DNA of 63,171 nt, taken from contig MCFE01000518.1 in the NCBI GenBank assembly GCA_002104905.1, forward strand, positions 1 to 63,171, given 5' to 3'. This document shows, in pieces, positions 11,090-24,169 of the stretch (position 1 is the first letter of the stretch; each line of letters opens with the position of its first letter). Below the pieces are notes generated by a model. The model did no database searches. It was given only the letters and a program-made list of their open reading frames with translations, and was not told the DNA's origin. The position numbers and the translations under genes are program-made. The DNA is from Basidiobolus meristosporus CBS 931.73. Its lineage: Eukaryota; Fungi; Basidiobolomycota.

Positions 11090-14000
11090 TGTACTGGGAA
11101 AGGATTGCACCAAGTGCAAAGTCAGAGGCATCAGTTTCTATGATGAAAGGTTTCTCAAGGTCAGGGTGAGCAAGCAGGGGAGCATATAGGAAGGATTTCT
11201 TGATGGAATTAAAGGACTTGGACTGTTCCTCATTCCAGGCAAAGGGCAGATCCTTCTGGGTAAGCTTTGTCAAGGGAGTGACTATCTTGGAGTAGTTGGC
11301 AATAAATCTACAATAGAAGCTGGCAAATCCAAGGAAGGACTGCACTTCTTTTACAGAACAGGGAGTTTTCCATGACTGGATGGCTTCTACTTTCTTGGGG
11401 TCTATTCTTGTTCCATTTGAGCTGATAAGATAACCTAAGAACTCAACTTCTTTCTGGTCAAACTCACATTTCTCCAATTTGGCATAGAGGCCAGCAGTAT
11501 CAAGTTTGGTCAAGACTTTCTTGACATGGCAATTATGATCTTCTTGTGTCTGAGAGTAGATCAAGACGTCATCAAGGTAGATAACCACAAATTGGTCAAG
11601 GTATTTTTGGAAGATGTCATTTATCAGGTGTTGAAAGACTGCTGGGGCATTGGTGAGACCAAATGGCAGAACTTTATACTCAAAATGACTGTGTCTTGTT
11701 CTGAATGCAGTTTTCCATTCATCACCAGGCTTGATCCTGACAAGGTTATATGCTCCTCTGAGGTCAATCTTAGTAAATACTTTGGCAGCAGAGATTTGAT
11801 CCAACAGGGTGTTGATCAAGGGTTAAGGGTACCGGTTTTTGATTGTGATCTTATTCAGTGCATGGTAGTCTACACACATTCTTAGGGTACCATCCTTTTT
11901 TTTGACAAAGAGGACTGGGGCACCAGCTGGGGACTTAGAGTGCTGAATAAAACCTTTCTGAAGGTTTTCTTGAATATAGCCATGGAGTTCTTTCAACTTG
12001 GGTTGCAAGAGGTTGTAACAAGACAAAAAGGTGGGGTTTTTCCTTCTTCAAGGTCAATGGGACAATCATGGGGTCTATGGGCTGGGAGTAGTTTGGCTCT
12101 CTTCTTGTCAAAGACATGGGCAAACTCTTGATACTTGGCAGGTATTCCATTGAAGGGGTTTCTTCAGTGATGATGGGCTCCTGCGCCTGGGGTAGCTTAG
12201 GAAAGGATACCTCTTTACCTGAAAAATCAGGCGGTTTCATGGAGTTGACATGGTGGATTCTGGGGAATGTCAGGATTTTGGTCTTCCAGTTGATAGCTGG
12301 ATTATGGTGACTAAGCCATGAGCTTCCAAGAACTATGGAGTAATGGGGAGAGTTGATATTGTTGAAGGCTAGTGTCTCATTGTGACTAGTACTGGACAGC
12401 TGGAGTAGACTGGTCTCATGGGTAACAGCACCAGAAGAGAGGGACCTTCCATCAATAACTTCTACTTGGACAGGACAGGATTTCAGGACAGTGGGGATCT
12501 TGTACTTCTGGACAAATGACTGGTCAATGAAACAGGAGGAAGCACCAGAATCTATAAGGGCAAGGACACAGACAGGGTTGGATTCAGGGATGTGGATGTT
12601 GAAAGGCATTCTTAAGTACTGGATGGACTTGGTAGCATATGATGTTTCTTGAATGTGCTGAATTTTCATTGGAGGGTCCAGTTGCAAGCCTGTCATTGTA
12701 ACTGGACATTGGATTTTCCCAATAATTCAGGAAAAGATTGTTCACTGGATGATTGCAGGAGCTTGAAGCTGGACTTCTTGTTAGGACAAGACTTGGCAAA
12801 GTGGCCTGGCTGGCCACAGTAAAGGCAGAGGTTTGCCTGCTGACATCTATATCTTTCTTCTTTTGTGAGTTTCTTATATTTAGCACTTTCAATTTGCATA
12901 GGATCATCAGGCTTAGTATTGGGTGACTGGATTACTGGGAAGGAGGTTGGCTGATAAGAGTGTTGGAATTTCTGTTTCCTCTGGAAAAGATGATTGTCAC
13001 ATCAGAGTGCTTGATGAATAGCTTCACCCAAGGTGGTTGGGTCAGGGAGAGTGAGAAGTAGGCCACTGACTTCATCATTAAGCCCATCTTGAAATTGACT
13101 AATCAGGGCAGCATCACCCCAAAGGCACAAGTTGCTGGCTAGTAGCCAGAATTCAGAAGCATACATGGATGCAGGTTTGTTTCATTGCTTCAAGTTCTTG
13201 ATCTTGTTGGCAGCAGTTTGGGCTTGGTCAATGTTGCCAAATGTTAGCTCCATTTCTGTGAGGAAGGCATGGTGGTTGCTGAGTAGAGGGGAGCTGGTTT
13301 CCACCAAAGGGGAGAACCATTTCTGGGCAGTTCCAGTCTGCAGGTTAGAGATGTAACAAACTTTTGCTTGATCTGTTGGGAACCAATTGGGTTGTAGTGA
13401 CAAGCGGTGTTTCACTATATTGATGAAACCTTGGAATTCATTCTGAGAGCCACTAAACTTGGTAGTGGAAGTGATCTTGGGATCATGGTAGGAGGGAGCC
13501 TGGATAGACTGTTGAGCATTTTGGCCCTGGAGTTGAGCAACAGAGTTTCTGAGGTCTGCATTGTCTTGTTGCAGCTGGGCAAAGGCAGCCATGAGACTTG
13601 CAAAGTTATAATCTGGGCTGGACATGTCATGGTAGCAGGAGGCAGAGAAGTCTCTTGGACTTGTTCAGGAATACTGGATATTGCTAGCTAATTTGTGGGT
13701 TATAAAGCCACTAGTTTATCAAGAATGCAATTATTGAGCCACAATCCCCAACTTTGAATAAGTTAGCATCACTTCAGAAGGTACTGGCTTTTTACATCCT
13801 TTGATAGAGTATTGTACTAAAGCTTCCAATACTGTAACAACTGCAAACTACACCAGCAGGGTAATAAAGTGAATGCAGCTTTGGCCAATAATCTTACAAA
13901 GATAAAGTATCTTTGCCTTTAGAGGACAAGACTAGGGAAAGATTCAGGGTGATACTTACGGTAGGTATTTCTTTACAAGTTCTTCTCAAGAACTTTGGGT

Positions 14001-14573
14001 AGAAGGCAGAGATCCACAGGTAAGTCAGGGGCAGTCTGATAAAACTGTTATGAATAGACACAAGGCAGGAGAGTAGGGCTAGGCAAGGCAGGACCAGCAA
14101 AGGACTTAGGCGTGGATCAACAAGGCAAGGTGGATTTCCAAGGCAAGGCTGTTTATTCAAAACCTGTGTTTGTCAGACTGAGGAATACATAAGGGGGGAT
14201 AGGACTATATTTACTTTTTGGCAATATGGATGCCAAGAGATATTGGCTTATACTAATGGGGTTCTGGGGTGAGGCACAGTAAGTGTGCCAAGATAGAATA
14301 TACTAAAGAACAGACTGGAATATCACATGGAGATATGTCAGGGGTCAGCTGATCATGTGACTAGGTCATGTGACACGTAGTTACCATACATGGCATGGGA
14401 CTACATAGACTCTAATGGGAAGCTTCCATAGAATGTTCTGTTGCGTAACATTGACTTGGAGCTTTCAAGGAGTTGCTAGAATGTAGTAGAACTTTCTAGA
14501 AGGAACTGGGATTTCTTCACTGACTTAATTTGGCTAGATAATTGGAGACCAGGGATGTCATGTGATCACAACA
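11090..14573 (-). mobile_element. Ty3/Gypsy copy 2 (same family as copy 1): 5' LTR, gag, PR, RT and start of RNase H; 3' part deleted
   Basis: LTR 14046-14573; gag 13182-13625 and 12693-12899; PR 11935-12696; RT/RH 10956-11819 (FIIETDASDFALGAILSQ). The LTR edge abuts Copia integrase sequence (GGTGGAGAATATACC). Confidence 0.92.
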
Positions 14574-17207
14574 GGTGGAGAATATACCTCAAAGCTCTTC
14601 ATCCACTTATGCAGAATTCATGGGATAAATCAAGAGACTATTGTACTATACTCCCCACAGCAAAATGGCGTAGTAGAATGTGCTAGCAGATCAATAACTG
14701 ATATGGCAAGATCTATGATCCATGATCAAAAATTATCCTATGATTATTGGGTGGAATCAGTTGCCACTGCTGTATACCTTAAAAATAGGAGTTATAGCAG
14801 AATACTTTGTAATTCTACTCCATTTGAAGCATGGTATAGGTACAGACCAAGTGCAGAACATCTAAGAATATTTGGGTGTACAGCATATGCCAAAAAACTG
14901 GCCATAAATCAGGCAAAATTTGAGCCAAAAAGTGTAAAATGCATATTTTTGGGCTACTGTAATGAGAGTGAGGCATACAGACTCTACAATACCAAAGCAA
15001 AGAAGATGATCAAGTCCAGGGATGTGTTGTTTGATAAAAATTCAAAATTTTCACAAAAAATGACATCAGATGATGACAAAAATCTGATCTCAAGTCCACA
15101 AATTGTCAGGATTGAATCAGAGCAAAACAGTGGAAATTCTTTCACTCCAGAGGACTCTACAACCATGATTCAGCCTAAAATAGTGCCCATGAATATCCTA
15201 GAAGTGAGCATTCCAGTAGCAAATGCCAGGAGATCAAATCAGACAAGAAATAGCCCAAATTTCTATATCAATGAGGATACAAACTTAGCCTATGCCTATT
15301 CAGTCCATCTTGATGAGCCCCAAACTGTAAAAGAGGGCCTAAATAGCCCTCAGACAAGGTTTCGGAGATCTGCAATGACTGAGGAATATCAGACCCTGAC
15401 AGAAAATCAAACTTGGGACTTAGTCAAATTACCAATCAACCAAAAATCTATTGGATGCAGATGGGTCTTCAAGACAAAATGTAAGGCTGATGGTCAATTG
15501 AAAGATACAAAGCAAGACTTGTGGCCAACGGATACTCTCAAGCAAAAGGACTTGACTATACTGAGACCTTTGCACTGGTAGCCAAGTTTGATTCCATCAG
15601 ACTAATATTTGCTATTGCAACCAACTATAAGTCTTTTATTCATCAAATGGATGTAAAAACTGCATTTTTGCATGGAGAACTTGATGAGGATGTGTATATT
15701 AGCCAGTGTGATGGGTTTGTTGACCAAGATAACCCCCATTTAGTCTGCAAGCTTAAAAAGTCTCTATATAGTCTTAAATAATCATCAAGAGCCTGGAATT
15801 GCAAGATAGATTCTTACCTGAAATCTTTGATTTTCAAAAGGAGTAATGCTGACTATAGTATATACTATAAGCCAGATAGAGCAAATCCAGCTCTATTAGC
15901 TCTATATGTGGGTGATCTTATTGTAGCTGCCAAAATCCTAGAAACATTGGAAGAGACTAAATCCAGCCTGTCTAAGGAGTGCAAGATGTCCAATCTAGGA
16001 GAACTCAATTACTACTTAGGGACTAAGCTATTCATAGACAGAAGTACCCAGACTATTGTCCTAAGCCAATCCAAGTATATTCAAGATATACCAAACAAGT
16101 ACCAGATGGAAGACTGTAAACTAGCAGCTACCCCAATGGAGACAAACCTTAACTTAGTTATAACTCCACCAAATCAAGAGAGCTTGGTGCCATCTGAAAG
16201 CCCTGACTTTCCTTAGCAATCTATGGCTGGTAGTCTCATGTAAAGCATGCTTGGAACACATTCAAATATCTCATATTCAGTAGGAGCTGTCAGCCAACAT
16301 AATCAGAACTATGGATCTGATCATATAGCAGCAGTTAAGCAGATTTTTAGATACCTAAAAGGGACTGCTGATATCTGCTTAAGATACACTTATAAGGATT
16401 CAAAAAAGGATTGTGTGGAATACTCTGATGCAGATTGGGGCAAAATTTGAAAGACAGTAGATCCACCAGGGGATACATCTTTCTTTACCATAAAGGAGCA
16501 ATTTCATGGAATTCAAGAAAGCAACCAACTGCAGCACTTTTCACCACTGAGGCAGAGTACATGGCAGCCTGTGAAGCTACAACTGAAGCAATGTGGTGAA
16601 GAAAGCTTTTTGCAGATTTAGGCCTATGTTAAAAAATGCCTAAAACTTTATTTCAAGATAATTAACTAGTTGTCACTAGCTAATGGCTTGGTAAATATTT
16701 CTGTAATCATTTCATCTGAAGGACAGTAAACTAAGCTAACTAAGCTACTCTCTATAGCTTTATTAATAATATTTACCAAACCATTAGCTAGAGACAAGCT
16801 TGAATATCCTAGGTCAAAATCAGGACTAGTCAGCATGAACATCTAGCTGAGTGGGAGTGTTGTAAAAATTTGTAATTCCACCTAAATATTCACCTAACTT
16901 AGCCGCTAAGATCATTACCTTCAAATCCTAGAGAATACTGACCAAATTTCTTGTTGTGATTTACTTAGAATAATTTCACCAAAATACCAGGTACCCAGAA
17001 CATGAAAATTCTCAAAGTTGTCCAAACAGCCCCAAGCTTTGCACACATGTTCTTGGGACCTTTCTTAACCTATTTTATATGTTTGTTATGCCAAGACCAT
17101 GTAAAAGTATAAATACTACTTTTACATTCAAATAAATCTTCAAGTGAAAGCCACATAATCTACTTGTCCTCCCAATCACTTTCAATATCTCCAAGACTCT
17201 TACAATA
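14574..17207 (+). mobile_element. Ty1/Copia copy B, 3' half (integrase C-terminus, RT, RNase H, PPT, 3' LTR 16858-17207)
   Basis: ORFs 14562-15581, 15521-15781, 15827-16216 and 16247-16450 are paralogous to Copia A. PPT GAGTGGGAG precedes TGTTGTAAAA at 16858. Confidence 0.92.
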
Positions 17208-17229
17208 TTATCTAGAAGCAGATCAAAAA

Positions 17230-17560
17230 TGCCAATTTAGTGCATCTGCAGCTCAGATGCAGTTATTGTGCTACAGGATTTGAGCTACTGTACTGCAAGC
17301 ATAAAGCTGGATGCATATATCTCTGCCACTACTTTGTCCTTTCTCCACTCCATCTTGCTCAGTGTGTGGAGAACATTGGACCTTACTTCACCAGTTGGGA
17401 TTTTCCTATGCAGTGGATGTGTTGGCACATTGGAAGACAAGTTGAGTTGTGAATACTGCCATATCCCAATCTCCTTATGAATATAACTTTTAGGTCCATC
17501 ATGGATGCAATGAGCTGGCCTATGTAGGACATCCATGAAGAGTTGGCAAATACTGAGCAC
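17230..17560 (+). pseudogene. Second CACTA-like transposase fragment
   Basis: PLHLAQCVENIGPYFTSWDFPMQWMCWHIG is paralogous to 898-1368. The downstream segment at about 18490-18555 also matches about 1610-1670. Confidence 0.5.
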
Positions 17561-20500
17561 AGATATATACATGACAACTCCTATGCCTTTGGCATCAAGA
17601 AGCCAGGTAGCACCAAGGAATTGGTGATCAGTCAAGTAAGGCACAGCTTGGTTAGATGTAACATGCAACTAAATTTTTTAGGACAACTTTGACCCAGGAA
17701 TGCTGGGTATCATCTGGGTACAAGCCAATTTCTAAACCTTTCAATATGGAATTCACATAAACAAAAACCAGAGCTCACCAATAAGGGGGACTTGAGTCCT
17801 GCAGGGAGAGGGAGTCCATAGGTCATGTACTGAAAAATATTTTGCAGATACTCAGGAGGTACTCATGGCCTTAGTGGTGGTAACAAACATAAGCTTGGAC
17901 AATGTATATCTTTCCAGCAACACAAGGTATTTGCTAGTATTATACTGAGAAGTCATAATGCTGAGGTGATAGAGGCATGTTGATTGCTGTGGGTGTGCAT
18001 ACATACAAAGGTTACCAGGCAAGAGGCCATAATTTATTTTTGTTCAACCCATATGATGAGTACCAGTGGCAGTAGGGGTGCACAAATGAAGAGGTGTACT
18101 TCTATAGTGGAGTATATGAATGGCACAAGGGGAGGTAAGAAAAATTAAATATTAGTTGGTAAATTAGTATGGAAGGATCATACACAACTAGCTGAACAAC
18201 AATGTACTGCCATTAAAGTGCCTACAGAGGTCAACACAAAGACTGTCAAACCACCTTCATGACTTTAACCATATTAGGTAACAGCATGCTTAGGTCAGTT
18301 AGGTTTTATCAAGTAAATGTTAGCTGCATAAAGACCACCCAAATGCCATGCAAACCCTGTGCAAGGACCATTAAAAAGCCATCAAAGATTTTGCTACATT
18401 TGGCAGTAAAGTCAGCCAAATACTATCACCATCCCACCATCAACTATAAAGTGGGTCAGCACTGTATGCTGCTGAAACTGCAACAGCCTTATAGCAGGAT
18501 CTGATTGCTGAACTGGATTAGATCCACATGTAGGACCAAGTTATTTTTCACAGGGGGAGATAGGAAGAAGAGTGAAGCCACATCTACAATCATATTGATA
18601 TATCTACCAGAATATCACTCAAGAGTTTGTCAACAATGCTATTAGCTGGTGCATCAAGGATAGTTTATAAGAGTTGTAAAATTATGAGTACAGATGTGCT
18701 CATAGTTATAACTATATCCTTGACATCAGGAAGCCAAATATGTCTAATGTGGGGGTGTTCAGCTGAACAAGGCAAGGTAGGTTAGGGTGCACAAGCAGCT
18801 AATTTTTATCAGGACAACTTTACTGGAGGTAATTAGAACTCTTCTGAGCACAAAAGCTTCATACCTTTGAATATGGAGTTTGGGGAAGAACAAACAGAAG
18901 CACACCCTTAAGGAGGAGCAGAATCCAGCAAGCAAAGGAATATATTGGTAAAGTGCTGCAAGGTGTATATGGTCAGAGTGGTGATAACCAAGCATATGTT
19001 GGTAAGATTTGTATGTAACCAGGAATACAAGGCATACAAAATAGGATAAGATTGGATCAAACATGGGGCCAGTAATAAATGGCATATGGCAGCTTTGTCA
19101 GCATTTTATTGGAAAGCCGTATGATTGAGGTAATAGAGGTTTGCCAATATCAGCAAGCATACACATTGGTTGTAGTTCCTGGACAGGAGGCAGTGTATTT
19201 TAATCACAATTTTACATGGAACACCTGTGGTAGCAGTGTTTAATGCAACTAAAGGTGTGATTCTGCAGTGAAATATACAAGTTTGAAGAGCATAATGCCA
19301 TAGGATAAGTTGGTACTGTAGTATTATTTGGGAGAAGCTGTTGGCTGCCATACACCTAATAAAAAGACATCAAAAATTTGCTTAAAGGTGGCCCAAACAC
19401 CATCAAGCTTTTGACCATATAAGGCAATCAGACATATCACCCACCTTGGTACTGCCAAAATGAAAGAAACAAATACCATTTACAAAATCAGAAGGAAATC
19501 TGGTGAGCAATAACACAGTATTTCATGCAAGCAAGTTTAGGTGCCTGTCACAATCTTCCTAAAAAAAGACAAGAACACATCTGTGATCTAGGTTCCTAAC
19601 TGTTATGTGAGCCATTATGATATCCCTACATATATAAGAGTTAGCTGGAAGATACACCTGTGAACAATGTGGTCATAGGATTCTTGAATCAGAATACTGG
19701 GAGCTATCCAAGGATGAAGTTTGCTGGATACTCACCAGGGAAATTACTAAAGATGCTCAGCTCACCAAGGTGGCCCAAGACTTTGAACACAGGTTCCTGG
19801 GGACCTTCCTGAATGAATCTTTGCCATGGCATCTACATGGTGATGTCACAACCTGGACTTCATTGCATTTCATTCAAAGGGTCAGAGGTGGGTGAGACCA
19901 GGGTTAGGTGGCAGAAGATACTGGGGTATTCTGCAATATGCAAGATGTATGATGGTCATCTACCCTCCTCATCTACGAAATATCAAGCCTGGTCGCCAGC
20001 ATCTCTACTCGTCGAGCGTGACCCAATGATGAAATCGATAAAGGGGGTGAGACAGCATGAAGAGGCGGCAATACCAGTCATCAAGCCAAGAGCTGATCTG
20101 CCAGATATTGTGAGTGAGGGATGGGGGGAAGCTGAGCTTCTCAAGGTTTTGGTTCAGACGGATGAAATTGGCCTGTGTTGGGCCGAGACTGTTTGCAAAT
20201 CAACAGTCCCCCCCCCATCAGGACAACCCATCAATCCTTGAGTTTCGACTGGGTAGTCAGTAGGAGATATGGACCGACAGTTATAATTGTGGAAACCTCG
20301 GAAATCACTAGCCATACCGGATTTTCCCCACAGCTCCCTGGGGCCTTCCTCGATACACCTCCATCCTCACTTTCAAATGGCACCACCACAGGTCCAAACC
20401 CTTCATCAGACCTCGATACCCAATGGCGGGATAAGCTGAGAGGTAAAGGACAGGGAAGCGGGGACTACAGTCCTGGATACGTCAGACACCACCGACCACG

Positions 20501-21463
20501 TGGAAGATTTCCCGTGACCAAGTGGGCATCGTACACGAAACCGAGTGGCCAGACCACTGTTTCCAATCGATGTAACAACTGATCACGACCTGGCACTCCA
20601 TGAGACGCAACCCTCGGGTTCCCCAAGTTCCGTCGGTGTCCAGGGCGTCGTCCCCGATCAACAGATCGACCGGTACCCATGGGTGCCCGGGCTCACATCC
20701 GGAATAGCCATGGTATCTGGGACTTTCTTCATGGGAATGAGCACATCCACGTAATCACCCGGCCTTGACCCCCACCTCACCTTCTCTGCAGTAATGCTGA
20801 TCGTGAGAAGGGGATTGGGACTTGGCCAGAGGGTACAAGGACGAGTTGGAAACCTAACTCGCCACCGATCCAAAGCATTGGTCATAGCCCGTCTGGGGGT
20901 GGGAAGATTCTGGAGGATTGGCCTCACGTCAGACGTCGGATGGTGATGGTATCGGTAAGGAAGACGTAAGTTGGAAGAGGAGCATTAAGTGACCTGGATC
21001 AGGTTCCGATCTCAGGTGGAGTATGGACCAAATACCTCCCCCCCTCCTTCACCCCCTAGGGATCGATGGGTGATGGGGTGATGAGAGTCGGGTGTGAGCG
21101 TGGGATGATCAATATAAAGGAGATATTTATAAACCTGTATTATTATATTGAATTGATTAGATGGTGCTACATTCAAAGGAGGTGGGGTGCCAAAACATCG
21201 GATTCGGGGGGGGGGGAATGGGGGCCATGGGTGCACAAATGGGCCGTCCCCTGGTACGGGCACTGACACGGGTGCGGGTGCTGGTACGAGTACGCTGGGG
21301 TGGAGATTCGTCATCTAGTAATGGCATGAACACTTCAAATGGGACCTAGGAGAGCGCATGGGTAGAGAAAGAAACGATGGAAGGGAGGTGGGGTGTGGTT
21401 AGGTTTGGTGGGTGGATGGGAGAAGTCCAGGGGAAGGGGCGGAATGGAAAATGCCCAGGGGAA

Positions 21464-24169
21464 TTATCGTTGAACGGAATTCTTGCGCTCAATGGTGTCG
21501 TTGATCTGGAAGTGGGAGCCGGAGAAATCGGTACCCTTGCGGGCGATGTTCTTGGGACCCTTTCTTTGGGCCAGGTGGCTGTACACGTGGGAGATGATGG
21601 ACAAGACGATACCAAGACAACTGGAGACCAAGGAGAGGAACGGGGCCAGCTTGAAGTAGCCGTTGTGGGTTTTGTACATGGCCTGGAATGGGAGGTGTTA
21701 GTTGAAAAGGATGAGGTAAGTGGGGGAGGGGGTTTCCCTTACCTGGATGACAAGCTGGGGGATGTCTTCCACAATGATGTCCACCGCGGTACACAACAAG
21801 ATCCACTTGGAGACGTTCTCGGACATGGGGGCGTCCAGATCGCTGATCCCGGCGAATTTGCTTCGGAGCAGATTCAACAGGTAGGGGTTGGTGGCGCTAA
21901 GCACCGACACCGCGCTGGTGACCAGAGTCCTGCGGGAGAACCACTCGTGGAAAGACGGGTTAGTGGACACCTCCTTGACGATGATCCCGGTGGAGGCGAC
22001 CATGTTGAAGGCGAACGGCACGATGAAGAAGATGATACTGGGGACCCGGAGCGAGGGAACGTCACCGGAGTTCATGATGATGAAGAACAAGTCGGAGAAG
22101 AAGTCGAACAGGGAGATGGCCAAGATGATCAACAGCAGGTTGTCGCTATCGGGGAATCGGCGACACATGACGACATACGCGATGATCACCACGATGATCC
22201 CGCACAAGATGCCCACCAGGGCCCACTTGTTGGTGGTGAAGACATTCTCCTCGATCACCGCGCCGTAGCTCATATCGATCGCCTGAGTGGTGGAGCCAAG
22301 GAGAAGTCCAGAGGAGGTGGTATCCCGCATCATCGCCTGTAGATCCAGTGCTAGATTGGCTGCGGTCTGCTTGCCATTGCCACGAAGTTTCTTGAGGCTC
22401 ACCTGGAAGATGTCGGCATCGCTTCCATCGCTACGTAGATGGCGGACAGATATGCGATTGCTTTCGATGGGCAGGATGGTGGTGAGCTCGGAGGAAAGCT
22501 GCTTTGAAATATCGTCGTTATCGTTGGGGATGGCTGCGGATTTGACCACGCGGATCTGGACGACGATGTCGGACTTCTCGTTGCCTTCGGTCGCATCGGG
22601 GGTCTTGAACGACCAAACACCCTGCTTGATGCCTGCGAGCGGCTCCTCAATGTTGCTCTGGAAGGCCCCACCATCCACGGTGACGTAGTATTTGGTACTT
22701 GGTGAGTTGAAAGCGTAGCGGGAGACGGGGATGGTGTAGGTCAGACCCATGCTCGTGGTACCAGGGATGATGGTGATGAACTGTCTCGGAGACTGTGGGT
22801 AGTTGGCGTCATAGATCGAGACATTCCCCAGGCCGTTACGGAAGGTGTCTCCACTGAACGAGATTCGGATGGAGGCTGCGTTGATCGCGACGTTTCCGCC
22901 AAGGGTGGGTAAGGTGTTCAGGATGGCTGGGTTGTTGTCGTACCTGGACTCGTTGGAAAACTTGGGCGCGTCGACAACGTTCGCCTTGAACCCATTGAAG
23001 ATCACCCAATCCCCAGCCTGGGCCTGCGTATTCTGAGCCACGGTGATCACGGTGTTGTTGGGCAGCACCACGATGGGATTGGTGAGGGCGAAGCCGTTGG
23101 GAGCGGCAAAAGTCTGGGCGGCCCATTGGTTGTTGAACAACTGGGTGGACGTGTTGGAGGCTAGCAACAGACCGCCGTAGGGGAGCCCGGTGCCAACTGT
23201 ACCTTGGAACTTGGATCCAGTCACCGTGGCTGCGGTTTTTGTGAGGGGGTTGGGTGGGCGATAGACAGACCCCGAGTACGAAAAGACGGACACGAATGGG
23301 ATGCGCGAGAAGGTTGCGCCGCTGACGGTGGCCTCATCATACAGGCAGTAGTACCCCTCCCCGATCTTCATCGACTCGCATTTGGTGATGGACATGAATG
23401 CGATATTGTTGCTTGAAGCGGTGGCAGCGATGAATGGCTTCGACACCAGCTGGCCTGGCTTGTAGTAAGCGGCACGAATGGCCTTGACGTTATCCCGGGT
23501 CTTATCAGGCCATGCTAGCAGGAAACTGCCATCGGCGGCGGTAGTGATGAAGATTTTTGGGGGAAGGGCGGTGACGGAGGTATCAAATGAGGCAGGGATG
23601 GGATATGGGTCAGCGACCTTGCTGCCGTCCGAATTCAAGACCATCAATTTTACCGCATTGCCGCTCTGGTTGTCGACGGTGACTACAGCGACGTAGCTCT
23701 TCCCGTTCACCGGTTGGGAGCTGGAGATGGCCGAGTAGCAGAGAACGTTGTCGAAAGCAAGCGGGCTGGACTTGGGCTCTCCTTTGGAGTTATATATCTG
23801 GAGGCTGAGGCTGCGATTGCCGAAATTCACGTAGAAGTAACCCAAATCCCCGTTCGGCAGAGAAACCCACTGGGCGTCTCTGTCCTCCACGACCTTGGGG
23901 ACGTCCATTGAGAAGATGAGAGTGCGATTGTTATCAAACGCCACAGCTTTGTCATTTTTACTGGCAGCGTCCAACCGTTGAGCGACGCCAGCCTGAGTTA
24001 TATCCACACCAGCTGACCATATGGTGGGGTCCCTATTAGCGATATTCCAGATGGTCCGGCCATCAAAGACATAAGCGTTTTCCCGTACAATCGACGAGAT
24101 CTGGCCATATATTAAGGTGAATTTAAACAAACAAAATACTAGTAGGGTGCCAAGGTTCATGGACTTCAT
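21464..24169 (-). CDS. Large receptor-like membrane protein (about 881 aa): signal peptide, beta-rich ectodomain with SbsA/Ig-like region, about six C-terminal TM helices
   Basis: Exon 24169-21743 plus exon 21682-21464; 60-bp GT-AG intron at 21683-21742 with a CTAAC branch site. Hydrophobic N-terminus. Ig-like segment ISFSG..NVSIYD..YYVTVDGGAF..WSFKT. TM region contains VEDIPQLVIQ. Confidence 0.85.

Noticed and set aside
17700-19900. Specific family assignment for this CpG-depleted segment and for 37.6-38.4 kb
   Set aside because: Composition suggests decayed TE sequence, but no motif was clear enough to name a family.
20525-20575. WPDHC peptide suggesting a nicotinamidase or PTP WPD loop
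   Set aside because: The frame closes a few codons later and no other family motifs are present.
21377-22688. Long plus-strand ORFs (321 aa and 133 aa) opposite the receptor gene; similar ORFs opposite CNT and trypsin
   Set aside because: These are antisense shadow frames of GC3-rich real genes with no recognisable motifs.
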